The position numbers were made by a program, and so were the translations under genes. From the NCBI GenBank assembly GCA_964624855.1, contig CAZUZW010000005.1, positions 2,249-66,248 on the forward strand: a stretch of DNA of 64,000 nt, read 5' to 3'. The notes beneath the pieces are model-generated. The model did no database searches, had not been told where the DNA came from, and worked only from the letters and a program-made list of their open reading frames with translations. The stretch comes from an uncultured Vicinamibacteraceae bacterium. Its GTDB lineage: Bacteria > Acidobacteriota > Vicinamibacteria > Vicinamibacterales > UBA8438. This document shows positions 33,139-41,579 of the stretch, in pieces; the stretch's first letter is position 1; every line of letters starts with the position of its first letter.

Positions 33139-34452
33139 TCACTCTTGTGACGGTTCTAACTCGATTATGGCGCCAAGCGTCTTAAGCCGCATTACAAGAT
33201 CCTCGTAACCACGCTCAACCGTCTCAATAGGCCCAACACGACTGATACCGTCTGCAGCGAGAGCCGCGGCAATCAAAGCCATTCCTGAACGTAGGTCCCG
33301 TGTATCTAGATGCCGTCCCTTTAGTTTAGTTGGTCCATTTACGATCATTCGATGTGGGTCACATAGGAATAAATCGGCTCCCATTCCACTCAATTGCTCA
33401 AGAGCGAACAATCGCAACTCATACATCCAATCATGAATCAGTGTTCGGCCTCTCGCTTGAGTCGCTAAAACACTGACTAGACTTACCATGTCGCTTGGAA
33501 AACCTGGCCACGGCGCTGTCGTAATCTGACGAACGTTTCTGACTTCCGAAGGTGACACTCTTAAATAATTGTCTCCGACCGAACTCGCCACATTCATTCG
33601 ATCTAATATCGCCACGATCGGTTCCAAGTCTGAGGCTTCGACGCCTCGAACTTCAATTTCGCCCCCCGTCACAGCAGCCGCAACAGCCCAACTTCCAGCT
33701 TCAATATAATCACCTCGAAGCTGACGACTCCCTCCACAAAGCTTCATTCCCCCCACAACTTCAATGGTTGGAGTACCAGCACCGTGAATTTCAACTCCCA
33801 TAGTCTCGAGAAATTCACATAATTCCTTTACGTGGGGTTCACACGCTGCGTGCCTGATCTCTGTTCGACCCAATGCACCTGATGCCGCAAGTAACGCCGT
33901 TTCGGTGCCCGTGACGGACGCTTCCTCCAAATAAATCGATGCCGGTTTCAGACCATCCGGGGCCAAGAACTCGTGGACTTCGTCAGAAGAACCCACGACA
34001 CCCATCGCGCCTAGCGCCTGCAAATGAGAATTGATAGTTCGACGGGCAGGAAAGTCACCACCTGGAGGTGCGAGACGAGCCGAACCCACTCTCGCAAGTA
34101 ACGGCCCAACGAGAAGTACTGAACCACGAAGTCGACCAACAAGTTTGGGATCAGGTTCATTTCCGCTGATGTTGCGACATTGAATTTGCAAATTCGTAGT
34201 CCCAACCCCGCCCACCTCTGCTCCAAGTCCTTGAAGCAGTTCTACCATCACACCCACATCTCTGATTTGAGGCACGTTTGTTAATTCACATAATTCATCC
34301 GTCAGAAGGCAGGCAGCCAACAATGGAAGCGCAGCATTCTTGTTGCCCTTGACATCAACAATCCCATTCAGCCGAGTGCCGCCTTCGACTACAAGGACTG
34401 TCGCTGTTTGACCCTCGTCAATTGGCCTCACCGGCGCCGTAAATTCAGTCAA
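33139..34452 (-). CDS. murA: UDP-N-acetylglucosamine 1-carboxyvinyltransferase (Asp-type active site)
   Basis: It aligns by eye along its length with E. coli MurA (KGNKNAALPLLAACLL, GPLLARVG, TAPWPGFPSDM, TRDLRSGMALIAAALAADG, ERGYEDLVMRLKTLGA). The active-site loop reads PPGGDFPARR where E. coli has [10 protein letters not shown]. TTG start overlapping the murB stop. Confidence 0.9.
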   Translation of the reverse strand: MTEFTAPVRPIDEGQTATVLVVEGGTRLNGIVDVKGNKNAALPLLAACLLTDELCELTNVPQIRDVGVMVELLQGLGAEVGGVGTTNLQIQCRNISGNEPDPKLVGRLRGSVLLVGPLLARVGSARLAPPGGDFPARRTINSHLQALGAMGVVGSSDEVHEFLAPDGLKPASIYLEEASVTGTETALLAASGALGRTEIRHAACEPHVKELCEFLETMGVEIHGAGTPTIEVVGGMKLCGGSRQLRGDYIEAGSWAVAAAVTGGEIEVRGVEASDLEPIVAILDRMNVASSVGDNYLRVSPSEVRNVRQITTAPWPGFPSDMVSLVSVLATQARGRTLIHDWMYELRLFALEQLSGMGADLFLCDPHRMIVNGPTKLKGRHLDTRDLRSGMALIAAALAADGISRVGPIETVERGYEDLVMRLKTLGAIIELEPSQE

Positions 34453-35405
34453 AATTCCCCCAAATAGACGATCTCCTCACGAAGAGTTATACCAAATCGT
34501 TCGTGCACAACCGTGCGGCAGGTTTCAATTAATGTACGAATATCTTCTGATGATACCGCGTCGTTAGCGACAATGAAGTTCCCATGCAGTGTAGATACAC
34601 GGGCGCCTCCGACCGAGAGATTCTTTAGCCCCGCCTTCTCAATTAGGGCGCCGGCCGAAGCGGCACTCCCGTGTGGCAGACTATCAGACTCCTGGTCTGG
34701 ATTCTGAAACACACAGCCCGCACTTCTCGCGCTCAGTGGTTGAGTCTCTTTACGATAAGCCACGGACTCCCTTGCTATATTTCGCAAGGTTTGAGGCCCG
34801 TCTTCATAGACGGCAAACTCCGCCCATAGGGCACATTCCATTTCTTCTTTCAAGCGACTCGTGTCATAACCAAAACGCATCTGCGTAACACCTACATCAA
34901 ACGCCCGCCCCTGTTGATTGACAATTCCAACCGAAACGACTTTGTCACCAATTAAATCACCTTGAAAATGAGCATTCCCATGTAGTGCACCCCCAACGGT
35001 GCCAGGAGTACCTGCCCATTTCGAGAGTCCTCCCAGTCCACGAACGATCGTCCATCGGACCAGTTCATTAATGGATACACCTGCATCTACTCGAACAACT
35101 CCAGGCCGCGCCATACAAATCTTGCCCCGCCTCATTCGAATGACAAGACCTCGAATACCTCGACTACTGACCACCACATTCGAACCACCTCCAAAAACCG
35201 TGATAGGCCAGTCAACGTCTGCCAACATTTCTGTAACTCTGATCACCTCTTCTGGAACTGATGTTTCAAAAAATAGGTCAGCAACACCACCAACCTTAAA
35301 GGTAGTCATCGAAGCTAACGACATTTCCTGAACGATTCTCGCTCCATAAACATCGCGTAACTGTCGAAAAACAAAATCACCTTTAGTCACGTCTTGGATC
35401 CACAC
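34449..35405 (-). CDS. murB: UDP-N-acetylenolpyruvoylglucosamine reductase
   Basis: FAD-binding PCMH domain (MTTFKVGGVADLFF, VFGGGSNVVVSS) and C-terminal GCVFQNP...SAGALIEKAGLKNLSVGGARVSTLHGNFIVA. Confidence 0.93.
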   Translation of the reverse strand: MWIQDVTKGDFVFRQLRDVYGARIVQEMSLASMTTFKVGGVADLFFETSVPEEVIRVTEMLADVDWPITVFGGGSNVVVSSRGIRGLVIRMRRGKICMARPGVVRVDAGVSINELVRWTIVRGLGGLSKWAGTPGTVGGALHGNAHFQGDLIGDKVVSVGIVNQQGRAFDVGVTQMRFGYDTSRLKEEMECALWAEFAVYEDGPQTLRNIARESVAYRKETQPLSARSAGCVFQNPDQESDSLPHGSAASAGALIEKAGLKNLSVGGARVSTLHGNFIVANDAVSSEDIRTLIETCRTVVHERFGITLREEIVYLGEF

Positions 35406-35415
35406 TCACTCAATC

Positions 35416-36348
35416 TCAGTCACCAACGACCATCAAAGCTCTCTCTTGCGCCACCAGTTCTGCAATAGCCTCGGATCGCTCGCAAAACTCAAAGTCAATC
35501 CAATCAGACACTTTCAGCTGTGCTACTACCGGAAGATCTGCAGAGATGATTGTCGCAATCCGAGGATAGCCGCCTGTCGTCTGGTGATCCGCCATCAAAA
35601 CGATTGGCAACCCATCTGGAGGAACCTGAACTGAACCAACTGGCACAGCAGCAGAGACAACAGTCTCATTTCCTAGAGCAGCTAAAGGCTCACCAGTTAG
35701 ACGATAACCCATTCGGTCCGAATTTCCCGTAATACGATATCGTGACTGCACAAAGATCTTCGCGCTGGCTGGCTCAAAGGTCTCCAGATGTGGTCCAGCA
35801 ATGACCCGCACCTTCGAACCTCCTTGCGGAAGCTTAGCTCTAGGAGTCACCGACTTCACTCGTGGCAGTAATCGATGTCGTCTCCTAGCCAGTTTGAGCA
35901 GATCACCGGCCCTTAACATCCGTCCATTTAGGCCACCTATTCCAGTAGTCACGTGGGTCGATTGACTCCCAAGCACTAACGGCACGTCGAACCCCCCTGA
36001 TATTGACAGGTACGCTCTTGCCCCAAATCGGAGTCGACCAAACCTCAAATGCTGTCCGGAACGCACTTCGAATCTGCTATTAAGTGCCATTTCAAGGTCG
36101 TCGACGTACACCTCAAATTCAGCACCAGTGATCGCGCAAACACAATTCTCCTGAAAATCCAACTCTGGACCAGCGAGGGTAATCTCAAGACTGGCCAAAG
36201 GCGGTTTATTGCCAACAAGATAGTTGCCCAAACGGTACGAGAACGTGTCCATCGCGCCAGCGACAGGCATTCCAAATCTCTGATGGCCCCAACGACCAGC
36301 ATCCTGAACCGTTGTAAACAATCCCGGGCGCCGAACGACAACGCTCAT
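35416..36348 (-). CDS. pxpC: 5-oxoprolinase subunit C-like protein (allophanate hydrolase subunit 2 / KipA family)
   Basis: N-terminus PGLFTTVQDAGRWGHQRFGMPVAGAMD and C-terminal MADHQTTGGYPRIATIISADL are typical of the PxpC/KipA family. Confidence 0.8.
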   Translation of the reverse strand: MSVVVRRPGLFTTVQDAGRWGHQRFGMPVAGAMDTFSYRLGNYLVGNKPPLASLEITLAGPELDFQENCVCAITGAEFEVYVDDLEMALNSRFEVRSGQHLRFGRLRFGARAYLSISGGFDVPLVLGSQSTHVTTGIGGLNGRMLRAGDLLKLARRRHRLLPRVKSVTPRAKLPQGGSKVRVIAGPHLETFEPASAKIFVQSRYRITGNSDRMGYRLTGEPLAALGNETVVSAAVPVGSVQVPPDGLPIVLMADHQTTGGYPRIATIISADLPVVAQLKVSDWIDFEFCERSEAIAELVAQERALMVVGD

Positions 36349-36351
36349 CGC

Positions 36352-37056
36352 TCACACCGCTGTTGAAAGATCATCAAATACTTCTGAACTGACAGCCTCG
36401 AACTGGACATTGTCTCCAGGGTGAAAGGCAAACACCATCGGCGGACCAAGCTTAATGACTGCAACTGGAGTTCTTCCGATCAATTGCCATCCACCAGGAC
36501 CAGTAAGCGGGTAGACTCCTGTCTGCCGTCCGGCTATTCCCACTGACCCAACTGGAACATTCAACCGCGGAGATTGGCGACGTGAAAGGGCTATGCTTGG
36601 TGCTACAGACCCCATGTAAGCAAAACCAGGCAAGAATCCAAACATATACACACGATAGACAACCTCGGTGTGCCTTTCAATGACTTCTGCTTCACTGCAT
36701 TCCGCAAAGTCGGCAACTTCTTGAAGATCGGGACCGTAGCTTCCTCCATAGCAAACTGGCACTCGAATTAAACGTCGATTAGAAGAAGGTTCCTGAGCCT
36801 CACGCCATCGAATAATTTCAAAACTTAAATCAGAAATGATCGCCGAAATATCGACTTGAACAGGATCGAAATAGATAGTGACTCCACAGTAACCTTCTAC
36901 AACATCACGAACACCCGGACGCTTCCGATTTCGAATACTTTGAGCTACCCTCAGCACTCGACTATTTAACACAGGGCTGATTTCTTGTTCGCACTCCGCA
37001 GCGATCGCGCAATCCCCTATATACGACAGCGTCCATCCACCTGGAAGCACTTTCAC
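36352..37056 (-). CDS. pxpB: 5-oxoprolinase subunit B-like protein (allophanate hydrolase subunit 1 / KipI family)
   Basis: VPVCYGGSYGPDLQEVA, YRVYMFGFLPGFAYMG and VGIAGRQTGVYPLTGPGGWQLIGRTP match the PxpB/KipI cyclophilin-like family. GTG start. Confidence 0.8.
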   Translation of the reverse strand: MKVLPGGWTLSYIGDCAIAAECEQEISPVLNSRVLRVAQSIRNRKRPGVRDVVEGYCGVTIYFDPVQVDISAIISDLSFEIIRWREAQEPSSNRRLIRVPVCYGGSYGPDLQEVADFAECSEAEVIERHTEVVYRVYMFGFLPGFAYMGSVAPSIALSRRQSPRLNVPVGSVGIAGRQTGVYPLTGPGGWQLIGRTPVAVIKLGPPMVFAFHPGDNVQFEAVSSEVFDDLSTAV

Positions 37057-37074
37057 TTGAAGACTCGACCCCTG

Positions 37075-38469
37075 TTATCGATTCTCCAACGCCACAACCA
37101 GTTTTTCATGAATGTTTCCAAATCCTCCATTCGACATAGCAACCACATGGTCTCCGGGTAAAGCTGACTCTACGACAATCGAGACGACTTCGTCGATTGT
37201 CGGAGCAAAAGTAGCCTCGACCCCGACTGAACAGAGGTCGGAAACAAGCTGAAGTTCGGACAGACGGTCAGCCTTCAAAATGTTCTTTCGATAGACCTCA
37301 GTCACAACCACGCAGTCGGCCAAACGTAGCGCTTCGCTAAATTCCTGTTGAAACAACCGACGACACGACGTCGCGGACCTTGGTTCAAAAAGCGCCCACA
37401 CCCTCCCTGATTGAGAGATCGAACGCATAGCCGCCAACGTCTCACGCACGGCCGTTGGATGGTGCGCAAAGTCGTCGTAGACGGTTATATCGTCCACCAC
37501 GCCACGAACCTCCAACCGTCGTTTAACCCCTTGAAATCGACCTAAAGCCTCAGCTGATTTTTCAGGACCCACGCCAACGCCGTTTGCAGCGGCAATTGCA
37601 CCCAAAGCGTTTCTGACATTTAACGCGCCTTTAACAGCTATACCGACCTGCACTAGCCGCTCGTTATTCACGACCAAATCGAATGTCGTCGTATCAGCCT
37701 CATATACGACCTGTGATGCCTGCCACGTCGCAGCGGATCCAAAACCGAATGTTTCAACCGCACCAGCCGCTTGCCGACCAAGTGCCTGTGTCTCTTCATC
37801 ATCAGAATTAACAATAACCACCCCGCGCCGGGAAACTAATCCGACCAATCGACGAAATGCTAATCGCAATTCGTCAAAATCTCGATAAATATCACCGTGG
37901 TCAAACTCCAAATTATTAACCACTAGAACCTCCGGCAGGTACTTTAAGAACTTCGGCGTCTTGTCAAAAAAGGCACTGTCGTATTCATCGCCTTCGATCA
38001 CAAATACATTGCCCTGCCCAATTCGGCCACTTGTGGATAAACTCGGCGAGATCCCTCCAATCAGAAATGACGGATCCACACCGGCGCAAGTGAGAATCCA
38101 TGCCAGCATCGAAGCCGTCGTTGTCTTTCCGTGGGTTCCAGAAATAACGACAGAGCGGCGATTCCACAAAAATTCGTTCCTTACTACCTCTGGAAACGAG
38201 GCGTAGCGAATTCGCCTATCTAGAACTGCTTCAAGTTCTACATTGCCACGAGAAACCGCATTCCCGACAACGACCAAATCAAGTGATTCAGTAATGTTCT
38301 CAGTCTGATATCCATCTAAAAGAACGATCTCATTCTCCCGCAGAAAATCGCTCATAGGAGGATAAACATGTTCGTCGGAACCTTGTACGGAAAATCCCTG
38401 CTGTTTGAGCAGAACTGCCAAAGTTGCCATGCCCGTTCCGCAGATTCCTATCAGATGGACAGTTTTCAC
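37075..38469 (-). CDS. mpl: UDP-N-acetylmuramate:L-alanyl-gamma-D-glutamyl-meso-diaminopimelate ligase
   Basis: Mur ligase: HLIGICGTGMATLAVLL, ISGTHGKTTTASMLA and EGDEYDSAFFDK, a motif typical of Mpl/MurC. The size and the neighbouring ldcA and nagZ favour Mpl. Confidence 0.85.
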   Translation of the reverse strand: MKTVHLIGICGTGMATLAVLLKQQGFSVQGSDEHVYPPMSDFLRENEIVLLDGYQTENITESLDLVVVGNAVSRGNVELEAVLDRRIRYASFPEVVRNEFLWNRRSVVISGTHGKTTTASMLAWILTCAGVDPSFLIGGISPSLSTSGRIGQGNVFVIEGDEYDSAFFDKTPKFLKYLPEVLVVNNLEFDHGDIYRDFDELRLAFRRLVGLVSRRGVVIVNSDDEETQALGRQAAGAVETFGFGSAATWQASQVVYEADTTTFDLVVNNERLVQVGIAVKGALNVRNALGAIAAANGVGVGPEKSAEALGRFQGVKRRLEVRGVVDDITVYDDFAHHPTAVRETLAAMRSISQSGRVWALFEPRSATSCRRLFQQEFSEALRLADCVVVTEVYRKNILKADRLSELQLVSDLCSVGVEATFAPTIDEVVSIVVESALPGDHVVAMSNGGFGNIHEKLVVALENR

Positions 38470-39380
38470 CGGACAGCGCTCTCCTCAACGGTAAGCCCTG
38501 GTCTTGGAGTCGTCCTCACGGAAACAGTAAGACCAAGCGGTAAGGTCCATAGCGCTCCGGCCGTATGGCCGGTCGGAAAACCGAAGAGAATTGGTCCCGA
38601 AAATCCTGACAGTCTTTCCTCGACGACAATTCGAGCATCACGACCGTGATGATCTCGACAACCAGGAAACTCTGCGCACACCACCGCAACAGCTCGGCGT
38701 AACACTCCTGCTTGCAGCAATTGTGTAAGCATCCGATCTAGGCGATATGGAAGTTCCTCGACATCATCAAGAAGCAAAACATAATCGGTCGTCGGCGTAA
38801 AAGCGTACGGCGTAGAAAGTGAGGCAACCAATTGCGTTAACGTGCCACCTAATAGCGGCCCACGCGCTTCCCCGTGACTAATAACCTCAAGACCTTCCGG
38901 CACAAGTGGACCCATCGCATGCGGCGTCGAAACCGCAGACAACAATGAGCGCCGGTCATACCCTTTATCCGCAAGATTGATCAACATCGGTCCGTGAATT
39001 CCTACTAGTCCGCAACCGATCGTCAGGAACGTAAGCCAAGAAGTCAGGTCTGAACAACCAATAAACAGCTTCTCATTTGCTCGAATTAACTTCGGATCGA
39101 TCAACGGTAAAAGCTGCGCACTACCGTAGCCACCCCGAACCGAAATAATTCCAGCGATAGATCTGTCAGACCACGCGTCAATCAATGATGCAGCACGAGT
39201 TTCAATCGATCCGGCTAGGTACATCTGCTGTTGAAATACCCGATCGTCAAACACCGGCTCATAACCGATCTCAATCAACTCCGCAACTCCTTGCTCAAAT
39301 ACTTCCGGCTGGAAAGGACTCGCCGGTGCTACGACTGCGACCCGATCCCCTGAGCGCAATGCTGGAGGTTTCGCAATCAC
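38466..39380 (-). CDS. ldcA: muramoyltetrapeptide LD-carboxypeptidase (S66)
   Basis: VAVVAPASPF, VRGGYGSAQLL, the nucleophile motif GCSDLT and FGFPTGHT. Confidence 0.88.
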   Translation of the reverse strand: MIAKPPALRSGDRVAVVAPASPFQPEVFEQGVAELIEIGYEPVFDDRVFQQQMYLAGSIETRAASLIDAWSDRSIAGIISVRGGYGSAQLLPLIDPKLIRANEKLFIGCSDLTSWLTFLTIGCGLVGIHGPMLINLADKGYDRRSLLSAVSTPHAMGPLVPEGLEVISHGEARGPLLGGTLTQLVASLSTPYAFTPTTDYVLLLDDVEELPYRLDRMLTQLLQAGVLRRAVAVVCAEFPGCRDHHGRDARIVVEERLSGFSGPILFGFPTGHTAGALWTLPLGLTVSVRTTPRPGLTVEESAVR

Positions 39381-40471
39381 GACCGTCTCCTCAGTTCATG
39401 GGCGATGGCCAGATGTTCCTCACACCCCAGTATCGCTCGTAACCCGTCGGGAGAAAGAGGCTTCCTTCCCTTCTTGTCGGCTAAAAATCTAGCCTTTACC
39501 GAATTAGACCTGCGCAGAGCATCCTCCACTCGAGACAGCGGAACTATTTTCTTTTCGACAGCATGAATCAGAGCCTCAATTGTTCTCACCTGCTCCTCTA
39601 TGTCAGGTTCGCAAAGCAGTAAAAGATCGCAGCCGGCGGCTATCGATTCGACAGCGGCATCCTCAACCGAGCAGTCTGCTGTAATACCCTTCATAGTCAG
39701 ATCATCGGTAGCTACAACTCCCTTGAAGTCAAATTCCTGACGAAGAACTTCGGTAACCACATTTTTTGAAATCGTGGCCGGCCGTTCTTCGTCGAGCGCT
39801 GGATACAAGACATGGGCCGTCATAATCATCGCCACGTCAACGCTCACGGCAGTCTGGAACGGCAGGAGCTCTACCTGCCGCAAGCGCTCATTAGACTGAT
39901 CTACAACTGGTAACTCTAAATGGGAATCAACAGCGGTATCGCCGTGCCCAGGAAAGTGCTTCCCGCACGCTGCGACGCCCTCTCCTTGAATTGCTTCAAT
40001 AACAGCGGCGCCAAAACGACTAACTTCCTCTGGTTGTTGTGAAAACGCACGGTCTCCGATTACCGGATTATCGTCGTTGGTATCAACGTCAAGAACCGGC
40101 GCATAATTCAATGACACTCCTACGGCCAGAAGTTCACGAGCCAACGCTTTTCCGAATCGTCTCGCAAGCTCGAGATCCCCACTATCACCCACGCAGCGCA
40201 TCGCAGGCCAGATCGTAAACGGTTCCCGCAATCGTGCGACGGCTCCACCCTCTTGGTCGACACTTACCCACACCGGAATTTCCTTCGATAGCTCTTGAGC
40301 GTCACGGGAAAGTTCGGCAACCTGCTCAGGCTCTTCAATATTTCGACCGAATAGAATAATGCCGCCTAAGTCATATTCCTTAGCTAACAAACGAAGGTCG
40401 GCCGAAATCGATAAATCTGGAAAACCTAGCATGACCAGTTGACCAATCCGCTGGCGAATATATCTCGACAC
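39377..40471 (-). CDS. nagZ: beta-N-acetylhexosaminidase (GH3)
   Basis: GIILFGRNI, VDQEGGAVARL, KHFPGHGDT and VATDDLTMKG (catalytic Asp region). Confidence 0.9.
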   Translation of the reverse strand: MSRYIRQRIGQLVMLGFPDLSISADLRLLAKEYDLGGIILFGRNIEEPEQVAELSRDAQELSKEIPVWVSVDQEGGAVARLREPFTIWPAMRCVGDSGDLELARRFGKALARELLAVGVSLNYAPVLDVDTNDDNPVIGDRAFSQQPEEVSRFGAAVIEAIQGEGVAACGKHFPGHGDTAVDSHLELPVVDQSNERLRQVELLPFQTAVSVDVAMIMTAHVLYPALDEERPATISKNVVTEVLRQEFDFKGVVATDDLTMKGITADCSVEDAAVESIAAGCDLLLLCEPDIEEQVRTIEALIHAVEKKIVPLSRVEDALRRSNSVKARFLADKKGRKPLSPDGLRAILGCEEHLAIAHELRRRS

Positions 40472-40548
40472 TAAACCCTGACCTCAGAAAATATCGACGG
40501 CGCCATACGAATATGAACCCCTTCGCTGACACTCCATTATAATGTGGT

Positions 40549-41544
40549 GTGTTAGTCCACTCGTCGGCCCCAACTCGACTTGATCTTGCCGGTGGAACAC
40601 TTGATATTTGGCCCCTCTATCTATTCCACAATAATTCCCAAACTATCAATGCGGCACTTTCACTCAAAGCCGAGTGCACCGTTTCTACAAGTAACGACCA
40701 GAGTTGGCACATTGAGTCACAAGACACCAATGAGACATTTGAGATTACCGAGCTCGATAATTCTCCCAACGTCTTCAGAAACAGACTTGTCTACCGTGTA
40801 CTTCAACATTTCAGACCTGATCCTGTCAGAATTACTACTCGTTCCGACTCTCCGATCGGCGCCGGGCTTGCCGGTTCCTCCGCCCTAACCGTAGCCCTGT
40901 GTGCCGCGCTCAACCACTATACAAAGACCAGCGATTCTCCAGAATCACTTATGAGCCTTGCAGCAAATCTCGAAGTTCAGGTGATAGGGGTACCTACCGG
41001 TGTGCAAGACTACCGCCCTGCTATGCACGGTGGCGTCTCGGCTATCGAAATGGGACCAGCCGGAGTAACTAGAACTGAATTAAAGGTAGACCCGAAGGAA
41101 TTATCAAGTCGACTCATCGTAGCCTACACAGGCCAATCACGAAACTCTGGTGTGAATAACTGGGAAATCACAAAACGTCATATCAACGGAGATACTAAGA
41201 TCAGAGGACTGCTTGACGAAATTTCTCAGGTCGCCGTGGCAATGCGGTCGGCTCTTGAGGCCGCCGATTGGCCTCAAGTGAGCCAGCAGCTAGCGCATGA
41301 ATGGAGCTTGCGTAAACGTCTAGCCCCAACAGTGACCACGCCGTCCATCGAGAAATTGATTCAGCACGGACAAGCCGCCGGTGCTCAAGCGGCGAAGATT
41401 TGCGGCGCCGGAGGCGGTGGATGCATCTTGTTCATGGCAGACCCTTCGGCCATACCCTCTATTCGTAAAACTCTTGTAGAAAAGGGCGCTTCCGTTCTCG
41501 ACGCAGCGGTCAACACAGATGGACTCCAAGTTCATGCAGAGTAA
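40549..41544 (+). CDS. GHMP-family sugar kinase (anomeric C1-kinase-like branch; substrate unknown)
   Basis: Three GHMP motifs: SSAPTRLDLAGGTLDIWP, PIGAGLAGSSALTVAL and KICGAGGGGCILF. GTG start, with a perfect TATAAT at 40538..40543. Confidence 0.75.
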   Translation: MLVHSSAPTRLDLAGGTLDIWPLYLFHNNSQTINAALSLKAECTVSTSNDQSWHIESQDTNETFEITELDNSPNVFRNRLVYRVLQHFRPDPVRITTRSDSPIGAGLAGSSALTVALCAALNHYTKTSDSPESLMSLAANLEVQVIGVPTGVQDYRPAMHGGVSAIEMGPAGVTRTELKVDPKELSSRLIVAYTGQSRNSGVNNWEITKRHINGDTKIRGLLDEISQVAVAMRSALEAADWPQVSQQLAHEWSLRKRLAPTVTTPSIEKLIQHGQAAGAQAAKICGAGGGGCILFMADPSAIPSIRKTLVEKGASVLDAAVNTDGLQVHAE

Positions 41545-41579
41545 TTTAATTCCTAGCCAGCCGAACTGCTTATCTCACC

